Assembly (NCBI RefSeq): GCF_963921235.1
Contig: NC_086109.1
Coordinates: forward strand, 25,360,001-25,424,000
Direction of reading: 5' to 3'
DNA from: Mobula hypostoma
Taxonomy: Eukaryota
Length of the DNA: 64,000 bases
Shown here: positions 52,574 through 64,000 of the stretch, one piece after another
How the letters are laid out: each line of letters starts with the position of its first letter
Position numbering within the stretch: the first letter of the stretch is position 1
Notes under the pieces: generated by a model
The model's database searches: none
What the model saw: the letters and a program-made list of their open reading frames with translations, nothing else
What the model was told of the DNA's origin: nothing
Position numbers and translations under genes: made by a program

Positions 52574-53184
52574 TGCCAGTACCTCCAGTTGAACTCTGTC
52601 TTTTTGTGTGTTTCCCCCAGCTGTCAGTCTATGGTTTTGTATTACCATGTACTCCTGCCCCCGCTCCTGCTCTACTTCAGCTCCTGTATTACTAAGTATT
52701 CCATCTCTCTTCTGCTTCTCATTATTACCTGTATTGCTGCCACCTGTGTCTCACTGTGCTCCACCTATCATCTACCTCTCTGTTTATTGCTCGGGGTATT
52801 TCAGTCCTGTGTGTTCACCTGTTTATTGCCAGATTGTGCCAGTGAGTTTTCCTGAGCCTTTCCAGCTTTTGTTTCTATAATCTGACTGTCTGAATATTGA
52901 CTCTGCCTGTTTCCTGATTCTGGTTTTTGGATTTCTCTGAATGTTTTGATCTCTGCCTGAACTTTGACGCTGACTTTGCTTGCACCTCGGGATTGTACTC
53001 TGTCCATCTGAATATCGACTCTGCCTGTTTCCCGATTCTGGTTTTTAGATTTCTCTGGATGTCTTGATCTCTGCCTGAACTTTGACACTGACTTTGTTTA
53101 CACCTCGGGATTTGTTACTCAATTAATATCGCTGTGTGCACAGTACTAGGTCTGCGATTGAATCCCTGCTCCAGTGCCCCGACT
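52574..53184 (+). mobile_element. Probable solo LTR with an internal 118-bp tandem duplication
   Basis: TG start, GTTCT at 52569-52573 and 53185-53189 as a probable 5-bp TSD, and duplicated units starting at 52891 and 53009. Confidence 0.6.
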
Positions 53185-54609
53185 GTTCTCTTCTCAACAG
53201 TAAACAATCTCCCTCAAAGCTCCATGGAATGACTGACCCCAAAACTCTAACTGTCCATTTTCCTCCTTAGAGGCTGCCTGACTTGTTGAGCTCGTCCAGC
53301 ATTTTGTGTCTGCCTATGTCCAATAAAATCAAATATGATATTTCACCATTAACACCTGTGGTGATGTGGACGTTCGTGCACTACGTCTGCACTTTGTGTG
53401 AAAGATTATGGTGACAGAGAGTGGGAATAGAGAGCCTAGGACAAAATGCATTAAAAAAAAATCACCAACGTATCAAAACTTGCTGCTGGTTTCAAGAAGC
53501 CACTGTGATGTAAGTAAATATTAGGTTTCCCAAAATGCAGCTCCTTCTGTAACCACTCCCCTTTATCCATCCACCTCCAGCCCACACAGAACAGAAACCT
53601 TGGTGTTTCTTACCTTGTTCAGCCAGATGCTTCCTGTCTTTGTAGGATAAGAATCCCAGCAAAATCTTGATCCCACTTGGTAATACCCAGCAGCTCACAC
53701 ATAGGCTGCAAGCTCAAGGGTGAGTGAGCAGCCAACAAATCAGTGGAGGTTCAGTGATTAGTGAACAACTCTGTCAGTCTGGTTACCTGCACACACCAAA
53801 TCAAAGGCAAACATGGCCAATTGGACATTCTTTATTTTGCCAAAAAAAAAAATCACTTCCAACATAGAAACAGCACAGTGAGGGAATGTTGATGGTTGTC
53901 ACGACAACTAATATAATTTTTTTTGGCATGAGCTTATCTTGCTTCATTTTAAATTGGCAAATTGACACCAATGTAGCAAAGCAGGATTTCAGATAAGAAA
54001 GGACTAGAAAGCAGCAGAGATTGTGTGCTCCCAGACAGTGAATTTTTATAAAGATTGCTAATTATAACCAGCCTGGCTATTTAGGACTCAAGTGGCCTAT
54101 AAGTTGGATACATCCATCATTCAGAGATATGTTTGTTGATTCAGAAATTCATTGTATTCCTCTGATGCATATTCATTAGCAGTTATTAATGTGAACCTTT
54201 TCTCTTTGCAGATATGTAGTCTCTACATAATGTGAGCGATGGTTTAGTTCAGCTTCATTTATGTTAATTCTTTCCAAAAACTGGGGTTATTCTCCTTGGA
54301 GTAACAACTGTGTTAATTTGATAGAGATGTTTAAAGTCATGAAGAGTTTCAGTAGTAAGCAGAAAGAAATTGTTTCCATTGGCACAAGTTTCTGAACCAG
54401 AGGTAAGATATTTAAGATTTATTCACAAAAAAGAACTGGAGAGAGGAAGAGATTGATTTCTACATGATATGTTAATATCGAGAGCAAATTTTAAAAGATA
54501 GAGGAAGCTGAGTCAATGACGACTTTTGAAAGTGAATTACATGACTGGAAAAACATGCAATGCTATGGAGAGAGGGAAGGGGAATGGGAATACTGGGAAG
54601 TATATTTTA

Positions 54610-55290
54610 TACTTTACTTTATACTTTATTGTCGCCAAACAATTGATACTAGAGTGTACAATGATCACAGCAATATTTGATTCTGCTCTTCATGCTCCCT
54701 GGAGTACAAATTGATATTAAATATTAAAAAGTTAAATTATAAATCATAAATAGAAACTAGAAAAGGGAAAGTAAGATAGTGCAAAAAAACGAGAGACTTG
54801 TCCAGATATTCAGAGGATACGGCCCAGATCCGAGTCAGGATCCGTTCAGCAGTCTTATCAGTCTTATCGCAGCTGGAAAGAAGCTGTTCCCAAATCTGGC
54901 CGTACAAGTCTTCAAGGTCCTGAGCCTTCTCCCGGAGGGAAGAGGGACGAAAAATGTGTTGGGTGGGTGGGTCATGTCCTTGATTATCCTGGCAGCACTG
55001 CTCCGACAGCGTGCAGTGTAAAGTGAGTCCAAGGATGGAAGATTGGTTTGTGTGATGTGCTGGGCTGTGTTCACGATCTTCTGCAGCTTCTTCCGGTCTT
55101 GGACAGGACAACTTCCATACCAGGTTGTGATGCACCCTAGCAGAATGCTTTCTACAGTGCATCTATAAAAATTAGTGAGGGCTTTAGGGGACAGTCCAAA
55201 TTTCCTTAGCTTCCTCAGGAAGTAAAGGTGCTGGTGGGCCTTCTTGGCAGTGGACTCTGCTTGGTTGGACCAAGTCAGGTCATTTGACCT
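54610..55290 (-). mobile_element. Rex1/Babar LINE 3' portion, relatively young
   Basis: ORF 54835-55326: DLTWS..KKAHQHLYFLRKLRKFG..FYRCTVESIL..WYG..LPSGRR..RFGNSFFPAAIR. Confidence 0.9.
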
Positions 55291-55659
55291 GTTTGACCAA
55301 GCTTTTGACCTGTTCGCTGTAGACACAGGGTGAAATATTGAAGGGGAATCTGAGGGGAATCTTCACTGAGCGGGAGGTGCAAGTATGGAACGAGCTGCCA
55401 GTGGAAGTAGTAGATGTGGATTCAATTGTAACATTTAAGCAAAGTTTGCGTAGGTACATGGATGGGAGGGGTATGGAGGAATATGGTCCAAGTGCAGGTT
55501 CATGGAACTAGGCAGATATCAGATCAGCATGGAGTAGATGGGCAGAGGGGCCTGTTCTTGTGCTCTAGTACTCTATGGCACTATGACTCTAAGAGTTGCT
55601 GGAATATGTAGCATAAGAAAATGACCTGTTGAAGAACTCAGCAGGTCAGGCAAGAACTG

Positions 55660-56555
55660 CAGTGGATTCTGATTAATTGGGCCATCAGTTAACTGGGGCA
55701 GCTGCTTAGTTGGGACAACTCTTAAAGCACCAAAATTAAACAAGAAAATAGCAGGAATTACCTTGGTTAATTTAGGACACCATGCCACTTAATTGGAACA
55801 GAAGACTCTTGCCAAACAGTTTCTAACTAGTGTCAGTTATGCGCACTTGTGTGTCCGATGGATACTGACACTGTACCATGCTCAGAGCATGAGTTGTGTG
55901 TATTTGTGTTCAAAAATCAGTAATTTTTGTTATTGATAGTTGGTGAGAAATAAGCAGCAAGACACTTCAGAACTGTTTCGCTCACTCTGGTTTCAATCAT
56001 TTCAGCTCGTAGATACCAGAAACAGCTGGGAGTGAAAAATGAAATGATTTCACTACTTCAGCAAAGTCAAAACTATGAAAAATTTGAAGGTATCAATAAT
56101 CATATTGAATGTACAATGAAAATGAATATTTGGAGGATGCAATCATCGAAAACGTTGTCTGAAGGCAGTCCATTATCTGCACCTCCTATTTCCCGGATAT
56201 CTGTGCTTACCCCATCTACTCACCACTTTAACAGGGATAGAGTTCCTTTTGTCCAATAGGTGTACGTGCTGACTTCACTTATCTCAGTTAATCAACAGAA
56301 CACAGCAGCGTACACACACTGAATGAATTCCCCTATCAAAAACCATCAGAAACTATTACAGTTTTATAGTGCTGTCGTGCTCTAATTTGTTCTCTATTTC
56401 ATTTAAATGCATAGTTTTTTTTCTCAGTTAAATGGGAGTTTGTCTTTTTTATACCTTTTGAATTATTTCCACGAAACTTTGGCTAATTGGGACAACCACT
56501 TAATTAGGCCAAAATGTACTGGTCCCAATGTGTCCCAATTAACTGGAGTCCACTA
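55660..56555. mobile_element. Tigger/pogo-like non-autonomous DNA transposon
   Basis: TIRs CAGTGGATTCTGATTAATTGGG and CCCAATTAACTGGAGTCCACT, followed by TA. Subterminal TAATTGG repeats. A small PLE scrap lies at ~56180-56255. Confidence 0.65.
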
Positions 56556-57914
56556 TAATTAGAAATCTTTTTCCAAAGAACTAGTACAGGCCTGATCACT
56601 GAATGGGTTCTTTCAATGGTCTATAGTTCTGGTAAAATAAATTGGTACGTGCATAGCATATGTTTACAAAGGGGACTTAAAATGTGTCTGTTGAGTCTGT
56701 GGCAGAGTTGGGGGTATAAGACGAAGAGAGATATGTTAATAATTAGGTTTATCAAGAATTTTCCTGATTTCAAAGCCTAACTGACTGAAAGCATTGCCCA
56801 CTAAAAGCAGATTAATTAAAAATTTGAGATGCGCAGAAGGGCAGAGTTGGGGGATTGTGGGGCTGAAAGGAAGGATTGAAGCCAAGGAGGGAGATGGACC
56901 CAGAAGAAATATGAAATCATGGCATTATTGATCGCAATAAAAAAAAGCATACAGGGAAATGGGACTTGTTATAAGTTAGGATAGAGGTAGCAGCTCATGT
57001 TTACTAATGGGGGCAGTAGGGAGTCTGACCAGCTAACTGCAGGACTAGACATAGCATGAAACTAGAAATCATCGGGTCTGGCTCCTGACCCAAATTTTTA
57101 TCTTTTTATAACACCTGTTCGGCAAGAATAGCTCATATCATAGCGTACCTTGAGATAAATGTGATAAATCAATTTAAGTTAGAAAATTACAAAATAATTA
57201 GCACCAATTAATAGAGAAAAGGCAGTTGGTGCGTGATTGCTCCACTGTGCATGGGTTTGAATGATTCTCAGTATCTTGCACAGTCCTGTTTTCAATTGGC
57301 AGTGAACAAACCTTGGAAACTGCTCAATCAACTGATGTCAAATACTGTATGTGCAGATTAAATTCTCATGGTTTTGTTCGTCTGTTCAACCTCTTCCAAT
57401 CTTGCAAAGAGCACATGATTCACTCCCAAGAGAACCACAATGATTTTGTCTCATAATACAATAGATGTAATAGATAAAAAAGAAAAAATATTTCAAAGTT
57501 ATTCTTTCAAATCATGGTATCTCCCAGCACAGAAGGAGAGACCTCATCCACTGGGCCTTCACCAGCTCTTTGAACAATCTATTCAATTCGCCCTGCATTC
57601 CACCTCTTGTCCACATTTCTTTCTAAGTATTTTCAAACTAGCTTATGAAATATAAAATTGAATATGTTCCTACCATCCGAATAAGCACAGAATTCCAGAT
57701 ACTGGCATATTTTCCGTAGCTTCCTTCTGCACTCTTTTGCCACTCACCTGAAATCAGAGACTTCTTCTGTCATTGGAAATAACTTTTTCCCATTTTATTG
57801 AAAACATTTATTGAGATGGCACTGTAAAATTATCAATATTTATTAATACCAAGTTGGTGCCAGAGTCTGACAACTCTCTATAAGTTGCTCTCAGCAGATT
57901 TGCTATGGTTACAG

Positions 57915-58330
57915 CATAGAACAGTACAGCACAGTTCAGGCTCTTTGGCTGTCAATACTGTGCTGAACTTTTAACCTGTTCTAAGATTAATCTAACCTTT
58001 CCCTCCTACATGTCCTATCATCCATGTACCTACCTAAAAATTTCTTAAATGTCCCTAATGTATCTGCCTCTACCACCAACTGTGGCAAAATGTTCCACAC
58101 ACCCACCACTCTCTGTGTAAAAAAAAAACTTACCTCTGACATCACCCCATCTTTTCATCCAACCACCTTAAACTCATGCCCCCTTGTATTAGCTATTTCT
58201 AACCTGGGAAAAAGTTTCTGTTTGTCCATTTGTTCTATGCTTCTTATTATCTTGTACACTTCTGTCAAGTCACCTCTCTTCCTCCTTCTCTCCAAAGAGA
58301 AAAACACTAACTCACTCAACCTATCCTCCT
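57915..58330 (-). mobile_element. CR1 LINE 3' fragment
   Basis: Reverse complement of a CR1 ORF2 end and 3' UTR (catagaacagtacagcacag tail). Confidence 0.7.
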
Positions 58331-59017
58331 AATACATGTAAATACATAATTGCTCTACTCTTATAACCCTTGATTCTGAGACTGTAAGATAAAGATGATC
58401 TCTTGATGTCTCAAGCTACCTTCTCATCGCCCTTGCGCTCTCTTTCACCCATCAGAGTTACTTAACAGAACTGCATACACAAGGCCCTCAGCATTATCAG
58501 TGATCCCTCCCATCCATCCAACAATCTCTTTGAACGCCCCTACCTGCAGACAGGAGGTATCATTGCATTACGAGAAGGACTGTTAGGATGGGAAACAGCT
58601 TCTTCCTCCAGGCCATAAGACTACTGCCACCTCCTTGCCACCCCCCAGGTCTCAATCATGTATAAAACGCTAGTACCATCATACTGTTTTTTTTTAACTT
58701 GTGTCGTAAATCCGCCTTATTATTTGTTAATTTATTTGTGGTAATATTACTTTATGTGTTGTGCGTGTGGGTTATATGTACTGTGTTGTGCACCTTGGTC
58801 TGGGGGAACATTGTTTTGTTTGGCGGTATACATGTGTACAGCTGAATGACAATAAACTGAACTTGATTTGTCAACCAGCATGATACCTTCTCTGTAACTG
58901 TAACACTGCATTCTGTTTTGTTTTCCTTTTGTACTACTTTGACGCACTTATGTAGGGAATGGTCTGTCTGGATAGCATGCAAGCAAGTGCTTTTCAACGT
59001 ATTTCAGTATATAAGAC

Positions 59018-59302
59018 TGGGGCGACCCACTTTCTGGCACACACGAACCGGCTCACAACAGCGCGCGCAGGCAGAGGGCCGGCCCCAAAAAGGGCGCTAG
59101 GCCATCTTCACCAGCAGGGGGAAAATCCCACGCGCAGAAAGGGTCTGGGAATATACATTCCCCACAGCAATCCCGCCCAGGGAGGGCGGGAACGGGAACG
59201 CTTTATAGCAGGCCGCGAAGTTTGAATAAATCTCTTTCATCGCAACTCTAACTCACCGACTCCGTGTGGTTATTCTAGCGCTGTGTGTAGCACACCGCTA
59301 CA
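59018..59302 (+). repeat. 5' LTR
   Basis: TG...CA termini, with TTTATA and AATAAA inside. About 9 substitutions and one 2-nt indel versus the 3' LTR (hand count). Confidence 0.95.
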
Positions 59303-59304
59303 AT

Positions 59305-59318
59305 TGGTGACCCCGACG
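59305..59318 (+). promoter_or_regulatory. Primer-binding site complementary to the tRNA-Trp 3' end
   Basis: TGGTGACCCCGACG starts 2 nt after the LTR and is complementary to ..CGUCGGGGUCACCA. Confidence 0.85.
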
Positions 59319-59342
59319 GCCCAAACGATATTTGGACCAGAG

Positions 59343-62300
59343 ATGACCGACGCTGCATCTGTTCACGCAGTTTCGTTAAAAACTGCCAAGCTTCTGGACG
59401 CTGCGACTCCAATTATGGTTCGAACAAGCAGAAGCACAATTCCACATTCGGCAGATAACCTCGGAGTCCACTCGTTACTACTACGTGCTGAGCTCTCTCG
59501 ACCAGGAGACTGCTGCACAAGTTGAGGAGTTTATACAGTCGCCCCCGGAGGACGGCAAATACACAGCATTCAAAGCCCTGCTCATAAGGACTTTCGGACT
59601 CTCACGGCGCCAACGAGCACGCCGCTTAATGCACCTGGATGGTTTGGGAGACAATCCGCTGTCAGCATTAATGAATGAAATGCTGGCCCTGGCTGAAGGA
59701 CACAAACCCTGCCTCATGTTTGAGCAGGCGTTCCTAGAGCAACTGCCCGAGGACATATGCCTGCTGCTGTCCGACGCAGATTTCAGCAACCCCCGGGAGG
59801 TGGCGGCCCGAGCAGATGTGCTGTGGAATGCCAGGATAGAGAGAGGGGCGCCTGTCACACAGATCACCAAGCCGCGTGCCCAACGACAGACCAGACCAGG
59901 CCCGGCAGCAGAGCCCAACGAACAATGGTGCTTCTACCACCAGCGGTGGGGCACAGAGGCCCGCCGCTGCAGACCGCCCTGCAAATTCCCGGGAAACGCC
60001 AGGGCCCAGCCGCCGCTGATGGCTACGGCGGCTGGCCATCAGGACAGCCTCCTGTACGTCTGGGACAAGCAGTCGGGACGCCGCTTTTTGGTCGACACCG
60101 GAGCGGAGATCAGCGTCTTACCTCCAACGAGTTACGACACCCGCAACAGAGAACCAGGACCCACCCTGAGGGCCGCTAATGGCAGCACAATACGAACCTA
60201 CGGCACCCGCACGGTGCGGCTACAGTTCAGCTCCAGCCGGTTCACGTGGGACTTCACACTGGCCGCCGTGGCCCAACCACTACTGGGGGCAGATTTTCTA
60301 CGAGCCCACAGCCTGCTGGTCGACTTGCAAGGGAAGCGATTAGTCCACGCCAAGACTTTTCAAACGTTCTCCCTGGGTGAAGCACAGTTGCCAGCCCCAC
60401 ACCTGGACTCCATCACGCTGTCCGACGATGAATTCACCAGGGTCCTGGCGGACTTCCCATCAGTACTGACACCGCAGTTCACGGCAGCCATGCCCAGACA
60501 CGGAGTACAGCACCACATCCCGACCCAGGGACCACCCCTCCACGCCCGTGCTCGAAGGCTTCCCACGGACAAGCTCCGACTGGCGAAGGAGGCGTTCAAG
60601 AAGATGGAGGAATTGGGGATCATACGACGGTCCGACAGCCCATGGGCCTCCCCCCTTCACATGGTGCCCAAGGCAACGGGGGGCTGGAGACCATGCGGTG
60701 ACTACCGCAGACTGAACGAGGCTACAACGCCAGACCGCTACCCTGTGCCGCACATTCAAGACTTCGCAGCAAACCTACACGGCGCAAGGATCTTTTCCAA
60801 GGTAGACCTCGTCCGGGGATACCATCAAATCCCTGTACATCCGGACGACATCCCCAAAACAGCACTTATCACCCCGTTCGGACTTTTCGAATTCCTTCGA
60901 ATGCCGTTTGGTCTAAAGAATGCCGCACAGACTTTCCAGCGGCTAATGGACGCGGTGGGACGCGACCTGGACTTTGCATTCATCTATTTGGACGACATCC
61001 TCATAGCCAGCAGTAGTCGGCAGGAGCATCTGTCCCACCTCCGCCAGCTCTACTCCCGCCTGAGCGAATTCAGCCTTACAATCAACCCAGCCAAATGCCA
61101 GTTCGGACTCGACACCATCGACTTCCTGGGCCACAGGATTACTGAAGACGGGGCAACCCCGCTGCCCGCCAAGGTAGACGCGGTCCGTCACTTCCCCCGA
61201 CCCAACACAATCAAAGGCCTGCAGGAATTCGTGGGTATGGTGAATTTTTACCACCATTTCCTCCCCTCAGCAGCCCGAACCATGCGCCCCCTGTTCACCC
61301 TGATGTCGGGTAAGGGCAAGGACATTACCTGGGACAAAGAGGCAGCAACGGCTTTCGTTAAAACCAAAGAAGCCTTAGCAAACGCCGCGATGCTAGTGCA
61401 CCCCAGAACGGACGTTCCTACTGCCCCCACGGTGGACGCATCCAACACAGCGGTTGGCGGAGTGCTGGAACAACTCATCGAGGGTTGCTGGCAACCCCTG
61501 GCGTTCTTCAGCAAACACCTACGACCACCCGAACTCAAATACAGTGCTTTCGACCGGGAGCTATTGGCACTATACCTGGCAATCCGGCATTTCAGGTACT
61601 TCTTAGAAGGTAGGCCCTTCACCGCGTTCACAGACCACAAACCGCTTACCTTTGCGTTCACTAAGATGTCCGACCCCTGGTCGTCCCGCCAGCAGCGACA
61701 TCTGTCCTACGTCTCTGAGTACACGACGGACATCCGGCATGTCTCTGGAAAGAACAATGTCGTGGCGGACGCACTTTCCAGACCTACCATACAGGCCCTG
61801 TCTCAGGGGGTGGACTATGCAGCGCTGGCAGAGGCACAGCAGGCAGACGCTGAGATCCCCAGTTACAGGACTGCAGTCTCCGGTTTACAGCTTCAAGACC
61901 TCCCCGTAGGCCCAAGTGAGAGGACCCTACTATGTGACATAGCTACCGGCCAACCCCGCCCCGTCGTCCCAGCAGCCTGGCGCCGGCGGGTTTTCGAGTA
62001 CATTCACAACTTAGCGCACCCCTCCATCAGGACAACCGTCCGGCTGGTCTCCAACAGGTTCGTGTGGCATGGACTTCGTAAGCAGGTCAGTGAATGGGCC
62101 AAAACGTGTATGCAGTGCCAAACGGCCAAGGTGCAGCGGCACACCAAGGCTCCGCCGCAGCGGTTCGAACCCACCCACCGGAGGTTCGACCACATCCATG
62201 TGGATATCGTGGGGCCCCTGCCAGTGTCACGAGGAGCGCGGTACCTCCTAACTATGATAGACCGGTTCACCAGATGGCCAGAGGCAGTCCCGCTCACCGA

Positions 62301-63082
62301 CACCACCTCCGAATCCTGCACCCGAGCACTGATCGCAACCTGGGTAGCCCGCTTTAGGGTACCGGCCCACATTACCTCCGACAGGGGCGCCCAGTTCACC
62401 TCCAGCCTGTGGTCGGCTATGGCCAGACTTTTAGGATCGCAGCTACACCACACAACTGCCTACCACCCACAGTCGAACGGACTAGTGGAGCGCTTCCACC
62501 GTCACCTGAAATCGGCTCTCATGGCCCGCCTGGAGGGGCCTAACTGGGTGGACGAACTTCCCTGGGTCCTGCTCGGAATCCGCATGGCGCCCAAGGAGGA
62601 TCTACACACCTCGTCGGCCGAGTTGGTGTACGGCGCGCCTCTGGTCGTCCCAGGAGAGTTCATACCAGCCCCAAGGGGGCAAGAGGAAGAACCCACAGCA
62701 GTCCTGGACAGACTACGGGAGAGGCTCGGTAACCTGGCCCCCATACCCACTTCACAGCACGGAGAGAGCCCGACCTGCGTACCCAAAGACCTGCAGAACT
62801 GTAAGTTTCTTTTTGTACGACGGGGCGGACACTGGGCACCGCTACAGCGGCCCTACGAGGGGCCGTTTAAGGTGATCAGGAACAACGGGTCCACGTTCGT
62901 GCTGGACATTGGGGGGAGAGAGGAGGTTTTCACGGTGTGTCCGACTCAAACCGGCCCATGTGGACTTGGCGCAGCTGGTCCAGGCTCAGGCACCGCGGCA
63001 CAGAGGCAGACCTCCCAAACAGAGGCCGATCCAGACTGTGGACATTGGGGGAGGTATCATCGGTTTTGGGGGGGGGGGGTTA
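59343..63082 (+). pseudogene. pol: Gypsy Gag-Pol polyprotein with two apparent frameshifts; the core reading frame is open from 59485
   Basis: ATG at 59343 ([13 protein letters not shown]), then an extra A in the run at 59378-59382, then [14 protein letters not shown]. Followed by CFYH..C..C, protease FLVDTGA (~60094), RT YLDD (60985-60996), RNase H DAS, integrase HHCC/DDE and PYEGPF. A second shift near 62938 precedes RLKPAH. Confidence 0.9.
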
Positions 63083-63365
63083 TATGGCGACCCACTTTCT
63101 GGCACACACGAACCGGCTCACAACAGCGCGCAGCCAGAGGGCCGGCCCCAAAAAGGACGCCAGGCCATCTTCACCAGCAGGGGGAAAATCCCGCGCGCAG
63201 AAAGGGTCTGGGAATATACATTCCCCACAGCAATCCCGCCCAGGGAGGGCGGGAACGGGAAGGCTTTATAGCAGGCCGCGAAGTTTGAATAAATCTCTTC
63301 CATCGCAACTCTAACTTACCGACTCCGTGTGGTTATTCTAGCGCTGTGTGTAGCACACCGCTACA
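63083..63365 (+). repeat. 3' LTR
   Basis: Direct repeat of 59018-59302; begins TAT rather than TG and ends CTACA. Confidence 0.95.
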
Positions 63366-63519
63366 AGACAATAATAAAACAATTACCAATAGAACATAGA
63401 AACGTATAGCACCGGGCAGGCCATGATGTTATGCCTTAATAAATATGCCAATAATCAACCAAATTCTAATATCATGGAGCAGGGAAAGCAGGAAGATGAT
63501 TGTAGTGTTGCATCAGGAC

Positions 63520-63850
63520 ATTGTATCTTTCCATGACCATGATAGTTCCTGGCATTTTTTTCAACAGAAGTGCTTTGCCATTGCCTTCTTCTGGGCAGTG
63601 TCTTTACAAACCAGTTGACGCCAGCCATTATCAATACTCTTCAGGAATTGTCGGCCTGGCATCAGAGGTCACATAAACAGGACTTGTGATATGCACCGGC
63701 TGCTTGTACGACCTGCCCCCATGGCTTCGCGTGACCCTGATCAGGGACTAAGCAGGTGCTACAACTTGCCTAAGGGTGACCTGCAGGCTAGCGGGGGAAA
63801 GGAGCGCTTTACACCTCCTTTGGTAGAGTCTTATCTCCACCCCGCCACAC
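63520..63850 (-). mobile_element. Probable SINE or RTE-related fragment
   Basis: Contains gaagtgctttgccattgccttcttc, an RTE-tail-like motif on the minus strand; family not resolved. Confidence 0.4.
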
Positions 63851-64000
63851 TCATGGTACTTCACTGAAAATTGGGTCATGGTTGAGGATGTGACTGGAAG
63901 GGAAGTGGATGCTAACTCAATGCCTGAAGTCAGGGACGGGAGACTTGTTCAGAACATAAGAACAGGATTCAATAACTCGGCACCTCAGTCTTTCCCAATC

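Larger units (their letters stand above)
59018..63365 (+). mobile_element. Full-length Ty3/Gypsy LTR retrotransposon
   Basis: Two ~285-bp LTRs, 4-bp TSD AGAC (59014-59017 and 63366-63369), PBS, PPT (G12 at 63068-63079) and domain order Gag-PR-RT-RH-IN. Confidence 0.97.

Noticed and set aside
59481..63303. Antisense and alternate-frame ORFs over the Gypsy element
   Set aside because: Shadow ORFs of a GC-rich coding region. Only the frames that continue Gag (from 59343) and the integrase tail (after ~62938) are meaningful.

Overview
This is eukaryotic, repeat-dense intronic or intergenic DNA. The repeat families (V-SINEs, CR1 and Rex1 LINEs, Neptune-type Penelope elements) point to a cartilaginous fish, probably a ray, though that is inference. 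I cannot identify an intact host gene. The window opens with the 3' end of an AcademX-type DNA transposon (XPG nuclease plus Cys8 finger, terminus at 1754). It carries many Penelope-like elements (PLEs) and short derivatives with minimal hammerhead ribozyme cores (CUGANGA..GAAAC-GUC), several built as long inverted repeats with target-site duplications (TSDs). It also holds a decayed BEL/Pao element, two long back-to-back CR1 LINEs, many Rex1/CR1 fragments, SINEs and Tc1/pogo-type MITEs. A degenerate 20-bp satellite hosts two related solo LTRs. The window ends with a young, structurally complete Ty3/Gypsy retrotransposon (59018-63365) with two frameshifts. The most interesting system is the hammerhead-bearing PLE family with its hairpin insertions and recurrent CpG-driven loss of the ribozyme core. 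All coordinates were read by eye and may be off by a few bases.
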